The notes: generated from the sequence alone by a model not told the origin. DNA of 64,000 nt from Lytechinus pictus (GCF_037042905.1 NC_087250.1:4466001-4530000), one strand, 5' to 3'; positions 50,301-63,800 are shown, counted from the first letter of the stretch. Numbers and translations: made by a program.

Positions 50301-53300
50301 GATCAAATTCCGATAGTAGCCATTTTCTCCTATGAGAAACGCACGCTTTCATTTGGCTGGTTCATATTTGTTTAGAACCTGGGGGCCGTTTCATAAAGCT
50401 GTTCGTAAGTTAAGAGCGACTTTAAGAACGACTGGTGATCCTTTCTTACGAGTAGAAACATCGCCAATGAATATGTTGGTGTATACCATTCACCACAAGA
50501 AAGGATCACCAGTCGTTCTTAGAGTCGCTCTTAACTTACGAACAGCTTTATGAAACACCCACCAGCTCAGGCCGCCATGACACCATGACAACTGACGTCA
50601 TCGCTTTGGTACTCTATTGCCATATCAATCCACCTGGTACAGCTTAGTAAATCCATATTTGCTGAGTTGGTCCCTATTTAATGCCTGCAAATTATCCTCT
50701 TTCCATCGTGCACCGCGATAGGCCATTGAAGACACCAATACGATCTTAGCGTTAGGGCCCGCCGACTTCAATTCCGGAAGTAAATGAAGGGTCATGAGAA
50801 AATGCGACAAGTAATTGACTTGGAAGTGGATCTCAAAACCGTCAACTGTCTTCACTGTGCGAATGATAAATGAAAAAAAGTCAAAATTAGAATGATCAAA
50901 GAAGTCAGAGATGGATTGATATTTGGTATTATTGGGACGGACCTGGGATTTACCAAAAAGATTTAAAGCAGACGGGAACCAGTAGCCTTTTTTGCGCCAT
51001 ATTAAGTCCTCGTCTTGCCAGGTTTCTAACCCATAATGCAACATTCTAAGCAGTGTAGTCTTGTAAAACAGGTCACTTGATTGATTTTACCCAGATGCAA
51101 AATAAATACCGTTCCTCTCAAAATAAAAACATTGCTTCGTCTATGTAAAATCACAAGGCAATCTATTCTCCGGATTACTAATAGCTACTTCAGAATGTAG
51201 GCATAGGGCCTACCCCGTGTTGGTCAGTTCGTGTTCTCGTTACGTTACGAGGTTCTAACATGGGTGTAACAAATGCCTAGTCTACAAAAAACATACTCGA
51301 TGTTGACTCTTTAATCAATTATACCATGTCTAGTGTCAAGGACGGAAATCTCTCTCCAAACGTAGGGGGACCAGGGGCTAAAAAATCTGACAAGCAAAAA
51401 ATAAAAATAAAATAAAAAGGTAATCACCCAAAAAGTTTCGTCACCCCGTCCAAATTATTTCGATTTTGAATGATGTATTTCTTTCCACCTAAAATAGTAG
51501 GGGGACATTTGATATTGTGTCACCCCTACTATTTTGGGTAGGGGTGACGCGTCCCCCCTGTCCCTCCTGGGATTTCCGCCCATGTCTAGAGTGAAGACTA
51601 GCCTCCAAACTCTATGTCTGTGTCACTGAGTGCAATGGGTCTGTGCCAAATAAGAAGGTAGACGCAGTCGCAGATCATGAGAGAATACTAAATAGTCTAA
51701 CTACTTCAGGCTCTGCATTCTGCACTATGCGAAAAGCAAAGGTCTGTGCCTTCAGACTAACAATTGCCCGGTTCAAACCTCTGCCTCCCGCGCGAAATAT
51801 GAGCGGGGGGATATTTATTCGTTAAAGAAATATGAACTTTCGGATTACCTTCTCCTCCGTATGCCATGCCAGCGTTACACACTAGTATATGAAGAGGGGT
51901 CTTCCTGGCTTTAAATGCCTTTACGAAGTTCATCGTACTTTCTAAAGACGAGAGGTCAAGGGCCATGAATCCAATATCAAGGTCGTCGGCCTGTTGGTGA
52001 TATAAGAGGAATTTTGATGACGTCATAATGATATGGACCCCAGTTGGATGAAATGTATCACAATGAATAAAGCGAGGAATAAAGGGGGATGAAATTCGAA
52101 TCAAGTTTATAGGCTTTCATTACAATTGAAAAGGTTTACATTTGACGTCACAATATCGCTAATAAAAACAACCACCAAAGCAAATGCCAATGCTAATTCA
52201 ATTTGCAGCTTATACATCAATGTAACCGTGTTTTTACTTTTTTTAAGTTGCCAAGATTTTTTTCTCTCAATTTGATTTTACATATTTTATTGCTATTTTA
52301 CTTCATTATGGAATCATTTTATTGATTGATCTCGATGTACTGTATCTTGTTTTTATTTTTAGAGAGATGTGATGAATTTAAATTTGAATTTATTTAGATT
52401 AACAGGTATGATTTTGCGTTTTAATCATTATTGTAATGTGTTACTTTTGTTTGTTTGATAATAATGAAATTATCATTTATCAATAATAATCATTATAGCT
52501 ATCATTTACTTGTTACTATATCGTTAGAAAAATGTTGTCATTGCAATTAGAATATACAGCATTGGTATCATTACTTCACTATCATACGTATCATTATGTT
52601 ACCTTAATTTTGAACTTGGTTTTCTTCCCATTTGCCTTTTCCTCTTTGTGCTCATTGTGCATTCTTTCTATCGCCTAGGAGAGAGAGAGAAAAGGAAAGA
52701 AATAAAGAAAGAAAGAAAGAAAAAAAAAAGAGAGAGAGAGAAAGAAAAGAAAGAAAGAAAGAAAGAAAAAAAAAGGAGAAAGATATGCATTAAGAGAGGC
52801 TTTTATTACAAGGATGAAACAAGTATATACAACACGATATATTGTTCGGGTTTTTTTTTCCAGGAGGACGAAGGACATATCGTCGAAAAAAAATGAGGCA
52901 ATAAACTGGGTATGTCTTGATTTGATTTGTTATCACTCAAGCCAATATATATATATATACAATGAAAATGACATCAATAATAATGAAGACCATTTAGACC
53001 ATTCCGAGAAAAACCATGTTTTTTATTCTCACTTATTCTTACTACCCTATCATGTGAACATAAAATTGGGTATAAAAGAAATCTACCTGTCTTCAATTTT
53101 TTTCTATATATTTTTGAAAAAAAATTATCACTGTGGACCTAACCCCTTTTGCAAGCAAACTGAAATAAGTCCAGTCTCTTTTGATTAAAAAAGTGATTTT
53201 TCTTTGCCACTTTCATTCACGTTTTCATTTGAATTTCAAATTTCCTTTGGTATCATTAGAGTGACTAAAAATTTAGAGGTTCAGAGACAGAAAACGATAA

Positions 53301-56300
53301 AATTATGAAATATGGACCTAACCCCTCTTGACCAATGAGTTCTTCAGAAGAGTTTAGTTGCAAAAGGGGTTAGGTCCACTGCAAGAAAATATTTTTTCTG
53401 ATTTTCCCATATTACAATATTCTTATACAAAACTGAATTTTCATGATACCCTACCATGAGAACATAAAATTGGGTATAAAAGAAATCTACCTGTCTTCAT
53501 ATTTTTTAAGAGATTCTTTTCCAAAGAAAAAATATGTGTGGACCTAACCCCTTTTGCAACTAAACTGAAATGGACCTAACCCCTTTTGAAAAAAAAGTTA
53601 TTTTTCTTTGCCATTTTAGTTTACTTTTTAATAAGAATTTCAACTTTTCTTTGGTATCATCTTATAGAGCTACTAAAAATCTATACATTTAGGCATAAAA
53701 ATCAAATTTGATGACAAATGGACCTAACCCCTTTTGCAAGTGAGCTCTTATATACATATATTTATATATATATATTTATACGCGATGACAAGCTATTTCT
53801 ACCATGCATATCATATACAATGAAAATGACATCAATAATAATAAAGATAGTGATATGAATAATATTGATCATGCTAAAAATAATAATCTTCCCATGAAAA
53901 CAAAATCAGTCCCTGTATATTTCAGAAATATATCAAACGATCCCAGGATATATTTTTGTAAATTAAAATGGTCGACCATTTTCGAGTCGCTCACAGCAAC
54001 TCACACGCGTGAATCCGCTCATCAAACACCATGAGTATTCAGACACTGTCATATATGCTCATCAATTCATCAATTCATTTGTTACATAATACCATTCGAA
54101 AATAAACATTCGTGAACATTTATCGTATTATCTTTCGCCACAATACTCGTATCATATGTATAATCAAGACAATTGAGGTCAAAAGTTTACAAACCCCAGT
54201 TATATATTTTTTCTTCAAATTTCCGCATCATTGGGTATAGGTGCTCAATTAGGTTATCATCGTAATTGATATATCAAATACGCTATTTTTTTGCATTAAA
54301 AGAACGTGATGTCAGAATTAATAGAAAAATTATTTTGTTTAAACTAATTTGATTACAATTGATTGATTTATAGGGTATACATTCTTCTCTTTTAAACAAA
54401 AATAAATGATTAATGTCCGTTACAATTTGAAATGATATATGGGTATATATTGATTTTTTTTCTTCATTTTTTTGGAGGGGGGCTCTCACAGGGGGGGGGG
54501 CGGCTCTTGTCTGATGGGTCCCTAATCGACCCGCCATTGCTGGTACATAATATATTCACTTACTTCTTTCGCTTTGCTTTCAGATCGACATGCCAAAATT
54601 ACCTTGGCTCCAAGTTGGGCAAACGTTTTAGCAGTATCATATCCAATTCCTGTAATCAAAGTAAAATCGAGAATGGAGAATGAAACAAAACCTTTCTTAA
54701 TTTGCAAAATGTCAAACACTCGCTGTCATTTTTTTTTGGTTGTTGTTGTTGTTGAATTTCTACCATAAGCTTCGTGATTTTGCAAAGAATAAGGGAAGGT
54801 ATTCATCAGATTTATTAGCGTTTTAACGGAAGTAAGTTTTGTTATTCCAAGTTTTATTCAAAGGACCTGAATAATAAATACACATGCACATACCCCCCCC
54901 CCCCCCCTCACACACACATATTTCAAACTTAGTTGGGGATATATTATATATATATATATTTATGTATATATATGTTTGTATATATAAAATGAAGAATGTT
55001 TTTGACCCGCCCGACATAACAGTAGTCAGGTCCAGATTTGAGAAAAGTAGACTGCCTTAGGCAAATCGTGTTAATGCTGAATAATACCATGGTCACATTT
55101 GCTCTACGGCGGTCGTACGGCGAGTCGAAAACAGCCGTTTCAACATTTGTTGTACCAACTACATATAGGTGGTTTGAATTAAATTAATAAAACGGCTGTT
55201 TTCGACTCGCCGTACGGCCGCCGTAGAGCAAATGTGACCAAGGTATTAACAAGTGGTTTCACATAATTCGAGGGCGCTGAGTCCAAATATGGTGTTTGCC
55301 AACTAAACCTTGCATTTAATGCTAAAATCCTCAAAATGGCAAAAACAATATGGCCGCTATTCTACACCCAGTACTGTATTTTGACCCCAAAAACTTGCAA
55401 CAAAAATGTTCTTCGTACTGTGTGATCTCAGAAATAACATACTAGAAATTTATCAAAATTCGCATCCGGGAAAGGGGTTATTTTCAAAATGGCGTCTAAG
55501 ATGGCCGCCATTCACTGAAAATTAACATAACCAACTCTTTATCCACCTTACACAACTATTTTTGATGCACATTCAATGGTGTAGGGGTAAAAGCTCTACT
55601 GATACAGGTAGAGTGAAAATAAGCACGCCAGGGTACCTGGTTATCCAAGATGGCGTCCAAAGTGGCTGCCATAAGCCTAAAATTTCACTGTTACCTATCT
55701 GTTACCTATTTTAGTGTCTTTAATTTGGGTTTTATTCAGTCGTGGTTTTAAGGGTCGAGTAGTAATTTGGGGCAAGTTGCAAGGAGAGTCAGCGATCCAC
55801 TATGTCCAAAAATCCAAGATTGCTTTCAAATTCCAAGCCAAGGCTGTTATCTAAAAAACCCTAAAAACCGACATAGTTTGGTTAATATCTGCCTGGGAAA
55901 TATGATATTGGTGTCTAATCGATGGTTTAAATAGTCAAGTAATACGTTGGAACAAGTTACAAAGAGAGTCAGTGCACTGTTAGAAAATAAAAGAAGTTCC
56001 TGCAGCAAAGTCTCGAGAACACCTGTAGTTTTACCAGATTGCGTAATCTTACAGGAATTGGTATTTGGTGTATGGAACCTTACAAATTTCCTTAAAGAAA
56101 ACACTATTTTCCCCTTTTTGAACAGACCTGTTCTGTTAAATTGCAGAAAAATTCCTGTTTTATGAATTTACAGAATGATTCTGTTATTGCTTTCTGCAAA
56201 ATATTCTCTCTTTTTTTTCTGTAAAATCAGGTTTTTTTTTTACGGCTCGGTGTAAAAATGGCAGAGGTAAAAATGGCAGAGGTAATAATGGCAGAGGTAA

Positions 56301-59300
56301 AAATGGCAGAGGTAAAAATGGCAGAGGTAATAATGGCAGAGGTCAAAATGGCAGAGGTCAAAATGGCAGAGATCAAAATGGCAGAGATCAAAATGGCAGA
56401 GGTCAAAATGGCAGAGGTCAAAATGGCAGAAGTAAAAATGGCAGAGGTCGAAATGGCAGAGGTAAAAATGGCAAAGGTAAAAATGGCAGAGGTAAAAATG
56501 GCAGAGGTGAAAATAGCAGAGGTAAAAATGGCAGAGGTAAAAATAGCAGAGGTAATAATGGCAGAGGTAATATTGGCAGAGGTAAAATGGCAGGGGTTAT
56601 AATGGGAGAGGTAAAAATGACAGCTCTAGGTAAAATATGGCCAGTCTTAAACCCCCGTGCAAAGAATTGTCAAAAAGCCCCCGCATGTACATACATTAAA
56701 TAAGAAGTGCATGTCATGGTTAGGCATTTCATCATCTTTATGTCTTCATCGGCCTAACAATGGTTATTTACGAATTCGTTGGAGGTGTACCGTGAACGCT
56801 TTTTAAAAAGAAATCAAACGACAGATATTTTTTCATTCAATTTATTAGGAGCAAAATGAAACTGCACTATTCTCATTCATCATTTTATAACATTCCTTTT
56901 TGTCTGGCTGTTTTTTTTTTTCTAAAGTTTTGCCAGGTTTACCGATGCAAAAATGAGGAAGAGTAGACATAAGAGAGGTAGAGAGACATAAAGGGTTAGG
57001 GGGCGGGGAAAACATAGAGAACATAGCGGGGAAAGCTTAGACGTTGAAGTTATCACGAATGATTGTGGTTAAATATTATGTCCTTATTTGTAATGTCGTC
57101 TGTACTATTCTTTTGAAATAATTGAATGACAGTTAGCATGCGTTCCCAGGCTTGGCACTGAATATGTCACTGATTATGAAAATCAATAATAATGTTGTTG
57201 ACTGGTAAACCAATTTGGGGTCGATCGAGGAAGACCGTTTGGTTCAGATTCTTTGCATAAAAGAAGACCATGAAACTTTACCACTGCATCCATTATGATA
57301 TAAACGCCTTGATGGTCATAACTCTTGGAAGCGGAAGTACTGTTGGGTATTTTGTACACCATAAGCAGCACCCTCTTGGTAATTAGCTTGGTATGCTAAA
57401 ATGTAGAGATTTGATACGAATCTCTGTTATTTTTCAAACAGAAGAAAAAACATTGTTTATTATCTAATTGTTATTATTTTTGTTGTAATTCTTTTTCTGA
57501 CCTAAAAGAACTTCATTTAGTTGAAATAATTTGTTGTGTCATTTTCCCCCTTAACCAAATCTCCTTTCATTTTGGAGTGAAAACTTTTTTTCTCGGCTTT
57601 TTAACAAACCAGCACCCCATTTTTCATTAACTTTTCAAAAGTAAGTGGTGCTCACTCAAGCAGAAATATTTTTCGACAGATATATCGTCATTTGCTTAAA
57701 TGGATCTGTACCAATGTTAAAATGTGGAAAAATCTTCAGGATTTTACATACGGGGGCTTTTTGACAATTCATTGCATGGGGGTTTAAGACTGGCCATATT
57801 TTACCTAGAGCTGTCATTTTTACCTCTCCCATTATAACCCCTGCCATTATTACCTCTCCCATTATTACCTCTGCCATTATTACCTCTGCCATTTTGACCT
57901 CTGTCATTTTGACCTCTGCCATTTTTACCTCTGCCATTTTTACCTCTGCCATTTTTACCTCTGCCATTTTTACTTCTGCCATTTTTACTTCTGCCATTTT
58001 TACCTCTGCCATTTTCACCTCTGCCATTTTTAACCCTGCCATTTTTACCTCTGCCATTATTACCTCTGCCATTTTTACTTCTGCCATTTTTACTTCTGCC
58101 ATTATTACCTCTGCTAATTTTACCTCTGCCATTTTCACGTCTGCCATTTTTACCTCTGCCATTATTACCTCTGCCATTTTTACCTGGCACCTTTTTTAAC
58201 AGTGTGGTCCTGTATGTCCAAAAATTCAAGATGGTTTCCAAAAACGGAGTCTCAAAATGTCCGTTGTTATTTTAAAACCGACACAGTTTGTTTAATAACA
58301 GCCTAGAGAATATGATTTCGGTGTATAACCTGTGGTTCGAAGGGTCAAATATTACATTGGGACAAGTTACAAGGACAGTCAGTGGTCCCAGTATGTCAAA
58401 AAATCCAAGATGGCCTTCAAAATTGGAGTTTACAATGACTGTTGTTACCAAATAACTGACATATTGTTTCATATCCGCCTGGGGTATATGATGTTGGTGT
58501 TTAACCCATGGTTTAAAGGGTCAAGTAATACATAAGGGCAAGTTGCAAGGACAGTCAGTGGTCCACCGTGTCCAAGAATTAAAGATGGTTTCCAAAAAAT
58601 GGAGTCTAATGTGGTTGTTGTTACCTAAAAGCTGACATAGTTTTGTTTGATATCTACCTGGGGTATATGATTATGGTGTATTACCTTTTCTTTAAAGGGT
58701 CAAGCAATACATCATGTACATTAGGATAAGTTACAAGGACAGTCAGTGATCCTGTATGTCCAGAAATCCAAGATGGCTTCAGAAAAGGAGTCAAAGATGG
58801 CTGCTGTTACTTAATAATGGACATAGTTCACTTAGAATTCACCTGGGAGATATGATTTTGATGTCTACCCTATGGTTTCAATGGTTAAATAATACTTTTG
58901 GATTAGTTACAATGGTATGAAGCAGTCCATTTTGCCTAAAACCTCAAAGATGGATTAAAAATGCGTCGAAAATGAGTCCCATTAAGTTAGAAATAGTCAT
59001 AGCTACAGGTGTATGAGGAAAAAAACATTTGGTGTCTACGCTATTATAGTTTGAATGCTCAAATTATACATCGGGACAGGTAACAAGGATGGTCAATTTT
59101 CCTTTTTTTTCAAGAAAAAAATCCAAAGTGACTTCTAAAATTGAGTAAAAATGACTGTTGTTCCCTACTAATGAAACCTTAGAATAGTTTTAAGCACTAA
59201 AATGACGTGTCTTGAAGTACTTATCAGCTTTATAACGGTACTTTTTAGGTAAAAGTGTACCTCATTTTAAAAGTTTTTTTTCTCGGGTTTTTACAATTGT

Positions 59301-61903
59301 TGCACCACCGCCTAATTGTGTACATTGTAACACTTATTTTTATGAGCCTTAAAAACATAGCAGAGACACCAAAATAAAGGGATAATATAAGCTATGAAGT
59401 ATTGCCATTTTTGTATCAATGGTGGCCAATTTGAATGAAATTATGCGAGCCTTCTTCAATTTGGGGACAACAGCGTATCCCTGCAATTCATCTTAACCTA
59501 TATTATTGACCCTTGAAATCATGGGAAAGTTACATAATGTATTTACGTAGACAGCATATGCACTTTGCATCCATTTTTTAAAATAAACAGCAGCCATTTT
59601 TGAAGTCATCATGCATTTTTGGCAATCTGCACCACTGACAAACCTTGAAACTTTTCCAATATATATTTTTTCCCGTGGAACCATTATTTTTTCTTTTCTT
59701 TTTGGTAGACCTCAAAAATTATGTTTACCAGGTGAATGTTATATGATTTTGGACCATTTCAAAGTTACAATGTCCTTTATTGACGCCATGTTGAAAGGTC
59801 GTCTTGGAGTCTCTTACACACTCACTGACTATCTTGTAAACATGTCCTGATGCAATTTTGCCTTGAAAGCTTTTTAATATAAGGTAATTTGTTGATACTG
59901 TAGCAAGCAATAGATTATGTACTTTAATTTTTTGGAGTTGATAGTACAACAAGTGCCGTTTTGGACGCCATCTTGGATTTCCAGGTACCCTGGACATTTT
60001 TTTAACTATAGCCTCGATAAAGATTCGATGTTGACTTCACCGCCGCCAAAGTCATTGCCGCCGTCGGAAAGGCGACGTCCATATGTCTTGCTTCTGCTAT
60101 GCAGGCAAGGAAAAAATCGGTGAACATTGAGTTAAAGTTATGATGTGATTTTGCCAGCATCTCCCAAAAATTATCAAACATTTTGCCTTTTTATTTGTCA
60201 GTCAACAGCTGTGAATCACGGCAGCCATCTTGGAATTAAAGATGGCTGACTATATCATAATCAATGGGATGCTTTATGTTTGCAACCCTGGGTATCAAAA
60301 ATATAGCATAGACCCACATTTCTGAAATATAATCACCTGTAGAAATTGTTTAATTGGGGTAACCGCATTAAAAATGCCGCCATATTTTTTTGCCAATTTG
60401 ACAATGAAAACGTTGGAATCAAATTTGGCAAACAGCATTTTTGGATTTAGCTCTCCTGAATTACCTTAAAACGATTGATAAATCAGCATTAACACAAAAT
60501 GCCTAAAGAACCTTTTCTGAGCACATTTTTTTTTAATCTGGACCTGACTACAGTATGTCCCCAATCAGTCGCGGTAATTTGAATAAATGGTGAAAATCAA
60601 ATGAATGATACGGTGAAATTGTTTTCGAATTCCGATGACAAAATATGACATTGAATTGTTTTTCTCAGTAACTCAAAGTAGTCAATTATGATCACATAAC
60701 AACGGTAGTGTGTCGATGATCAACTGATCACATCTTAATTTCAATATTTATGTAGCATTCTAGTCTTAATACAATTTTAAGATTTTGATTTGTGACGTGC
60801 AGCTCTTCACGTGCAGCTCTTCCATTATTTCATGTAATAAATGATGCATGAATTTCAATTACCGTGAAGTTTCATGATGACTAAAAAAAAAATTCTTTCA
60901 GGAGCGGTTGTGTAATGAAATTTGTATCTTGATATAGTGATTGTACAATAAAAATTGTTTCAACTTCTTATTGATTTTTTTCACTACATAATAAATCGGG
61001 AAGGTAATTTGTACATGACATGACAAATAAAAAAAAAAAAATTTAATATAAACCTTTGTTCATCTTTTGTGTTTTGCTCAAACTTTAACCCAAATATAAA
61101 TTTTTTTCTGCTACTTTAATTTGAATGATGACTAAATATATTTTTCTTTCAGGAGCGGTTGGGAAATGAAATTTGTCACTTGATATAGTGATTGTAAAAC
61201 AAAAAATAGTTGCAATTTTTCATTAAATTTTTTTGGCTACATAAGATATCAGGAAGGTACTTGCACAATTAATTTTTCGTAACGGTGTTTTCACTTTCAG
61301 TTTCTTTGTTGTTCTTTTACTGAGATATCTTGTATTCTTTTTCCCCTTCTTTCATAGCGCCTTGAAACTTTCGTATAAAGCGCTTTATACATTTTGTACA
61401 TTATTATTATATGACATGACAAATAAAAGCAAATGAAATTTTAATAACTTTTTTTTCATCTTTTATGTGTTTTCCTCAATTTTTAACCGATATATTGTAT
61501 TTTTTTTCTGTTACTTTAATTTGTATGATGACTAAAAATTATTTCCTTTCAGGAGCGGTTGTGAAATGAAATTTTTCACTTTATATATTGATTGTACAAA
61601 AAAAAATAGTTTTATTTTTTCATTGAACTTGTACTACATAAAATATCGGGAGGGTACTTGCATATGACATGACATAAAAACAAGTGAAATTTTAATAACT
61701 TTTTTTCATCTTTTATGTGTTACCTCAAATTTTAACCGATATAGTCTATTTTTTTACATTGAATTTTTTGTCAGGGTGAACTTCCCTAATAAGAAATAAG
61801 TTTTGATATTGGACTCACCCGTGTTGGCTCCGGTTACAATGGCAGTCTTTTGGGACAGATCGACGTCTGGAACGGCGCTTTGTGATGCCAGAGTAGTCCC
61901 CAT
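44360..61903 (-). CDS. Short-chain dehydrogenase/reductase, retinol dehydrogenase 12/13- or DHRSX-like (paralog B), 8 coding exons, 329 aa
   Basis: Exons (- strand): 61903-61819, 54649-54564, 52674-52603, 51990-51849, 50854-50634, 48783-48627, 48173-48044, 44456-44360 (TGA); total 990 nt, all GT-AG. Motifs: TGANTGIG, ILACR, LDLSSL, CNAG, FQVNYLSHFLM, VLVSS, YGFTK (YxxxK), SLHPGLVDT, KQAFLWKYS. Confidence 0.93.
45261..47763. mobile_element. hAT-type non-autonomous element with 8-bp TSD, carrying a nested 2-kb element
   Basis: atggttac|catgggcgtcaatc ... gattgacgcccatg|atggttac. Confidence 0.85.
45400..47379. mobile_element. Non-autonomous DNA transposon with an internal array of GCGAGCGCGAAGCGCGAGC motifs
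   Basis: TIR caggggcggatccag / ctggatccgcctatg; near-TSD atgtca/ctgtca. Confidence 0.75.
48222..48405. mobile_element. ~180-bp palindromic MITE (copy at 50381-50543; half copy at ~9499-9575)
   Basis: tttcataaagctgttcgtaagttaagagcgacttt ... aaagtcgctcttaacttacgaacagctttatgaaa. Confidence 0.85.
50163..50617. mobile_element. MITE containing a nested palindromic MITE (50381-50543)
   Basis: atagag..tgacgtcagttgccatggtgtcatggcggcctg is mirrored by caggccgccatgacaccatgacaactgacgtca..ctctat. Confidence 0.75.
53000..53750. repeat. Repeat with internal ~410-bp duplication and multiple ggacctaacccctttt motifs
   Basis: 53040-53330 resembles 53445-53740; the motif occurs in both orientations. Confidence 0.65.
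55085..55245. mobile_element. Harbinger-type palindromic MITE
   Basis: taa|taccatggtcacatttgctctacggcgg ... ccgccgtagagcaaatgtgaccaaggta|tta. Confidence 0.82.
55975..58204. mobile_element. EnSpm/CACTA-like MITE (CACTG termini, TG TSD), interrupted by a foldback element
   Basis: tg|cactgttagaaaa ... ttttttaacagtg|tg; removing it restores one unit of the 180-bp array (agtcagtg-gtcctgtatgtcc). Confidence 0.72.
56244..58191. mobile_element. Foldback transposon (TU-like architecture; possibly Mutator-derived)
   Basis: ~440-bp inverted arms: an outer domain of 15-bp tandem repeats (aaaatggcagaggta) and an inner ~75-bp unique domain (56620-56690 / 57745-57815); GG..CC ends; near-perfect 9-bp flanks tttttttac / ttttttaac. 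Confidence 0.82.
60878..61760. repeat. Three degenerate tandem copies of a ~250-bp unit
   Basis: atgatgactaaa..ctttcaggagcggttg.gaaatgaaatt recurs at ~60878, ~61125 and ~61525. Confidence 0.8.
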
Positions 61904-62584
61904 TGTGACGAAAGAAAATTGAGCACTAACAAAACGGAGAAATCAATCAAGGTAATAGCAAGTTTTCGCAATTGCAACGGAGGCAGTTCTAAAAACACAA
62001 TAAATTTACATCAAATTACAATGAACTGCTGAGAAGTCTTTGTCGAAAATACTTTTTTTTTTTTTTGAGTAGATTCACGTCTTTGAAGATTTGTTTTTTC
62101 CTAGCTTTTGCACCATTCTTGCCAAATGAGGGCGCTGCTGACTCTAAATAGATATAGTTATACCAATTAAAAGACTTTTTCTTACTTTGTAATACACTTA
62201 GTTATATATCTTGAAAATTTGATGAAGTTTGATGCGGTATCCACTGAGTAAAGATGATTTAAACTCATTTGGTGAATTCGTGAGGTCTAAGAGAGGCATA
62301 ATTCTCATGATTGCGCAACATTTCATATCATTCAAATACCGCAACTTTGAAGTCCCGTAGAAAAAAAATAAGCACATGAACCTATATTAGTTTTTGCATT
62401 TTCATAATGCATAGATACCAAAGTAACTCTGTGCAGAATTTGGTGAAAATGACATGGACTTCATTTTAACTGTGGAACGTCCTTAAAGGAGCATCATGTC
62501 TGTATTATAATATCACTACTTTATGACTATTTCAGTATTTCTTACCGGATGTATTAACCTTTCTTACAAATCAACAGAAATTAA

Positions 62585-63800
62585 AATTATGTCACACTCA
62601 TATTATTTTCGGGCATGAAAAGCTAGAGTGTTAGAACTGACACCAGATGATGTCCCTAGTGGGCCACACCATTGGGTGTTAAAATAATTATGTCACACTC
62701 ATATTATTTTAGGGCATGAAAAACTAGAGTGTTAGAACTGACACCAGATGATGTCCCTATATAGTGGGCCACACCATTGGGTGTTAAAATAACACCCTGG
62801 AGATTTAACATAAACACCAGGGTGTAAAGGTAGCAACCAAATCTGTTGCAATAATACCCAAAGGCCTTACAGGTTTTATCACCAAATGTTATCAACAGAG
62901 TAAATTGACTGGTGCTCCCCATCCCTATATACGTACACCAATTAACACCAGAGTTTTTGCTTTGACGGTTTACAGTGGTACATGGTCATAGAAATATCAT
63001 AGAGCCAAGAGACAATTTAAAATGCTACAGAATTGTACTTATACTAGATGAAACGTTTTATTCTGTCACTTATATTATATCTCACGAAAATATATGGTTA
63101 TTGTTTTTTTTCTTATACACCAAACCCACACACAAAAATAAAACACAAAATATTGGACTTACCCTTTCCTTATTAACACGCTTGTGAATACGTCTGGGTT
63201 ATGTTCCTATTATGTCTGTTATACCAATAATCCCTCTTTTCGAAGATGTCTCCACGCAAAAATGATTCACAAAGGCTAGATAATAACTGGAATAGGCAGT
63301 TATCCAGGAGTGCGGGTGGGGGTGTGTCCCTCTCAATATACATATACTTATTTGAGTTATTTTCGTGCAGAAGGAATTCACAAGGCTTGATGTGCCCCCC
63401 CCCCCCCCCGCCACTCGCTATATAATCAAATCTGTTGCAATAATACCCAAAGGCCTTATAGGTGTTATCACCAAATGTTATCAACAGAGTAAAATGACTG
63501 GTGCTCCCCATCCCTATATATGTACACCAATTAACACCAGAGTTTTTGCTTTGACGGTTTACAGTGGTACATGGTCATAGAAATATCATAGAGCCAAGAG
63601 ACAATTTAAAATGCTACAAAGGCTAGATAACAACTGGAATGTCTCGCTGATGATCAGGGAATATCTGCACCAGCATATAGGCAGTTACCCGGGAGTGAGG
63701 GTGGGGGTGTGTCCCTTTCAATATGGACATATATTTATTTGAGTTATTTTCGTGCAGAAGGAATTCACAAGGCTTGAATGCCCCCCCCCCCCGCCTCGCT
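62585..63800. repeat. Patchwork of local direct duplications
   Basis: 62585-62685 ~ 62687-62790; 62840-63030 ~ 63427-63618; 63270-63420 ~ 63617-63800. Confidence 0.8.

Larger units (their letters stand above)
55023..60550. mobile_element. Academ-like non-autonomous DNA transposon (5.5 kb with nested elements) in intron 1 of SDR paralog B
   Basis: cag|tagtcaggtccagatt ... aatctggacctgacta|cag: 16-bp TIR, TAG..CTA termini, 3-bp TSD; internal ~180-bp tandem array (ggacaagttacaaggacagtcagtggtcc..tgtcc..aaatccaagatgg). Confidence 0.8.

Noticed and set aside
56258..58241. ORFs encoding (MAEVK)n, (TSAIF)n and (NGRGK)n pentapeptide repeats
   Set aside because: They are translations of the 15-bp tandem repeats in the inverted arms of a foldback element; open in several frames and on both strands, with no splice context.
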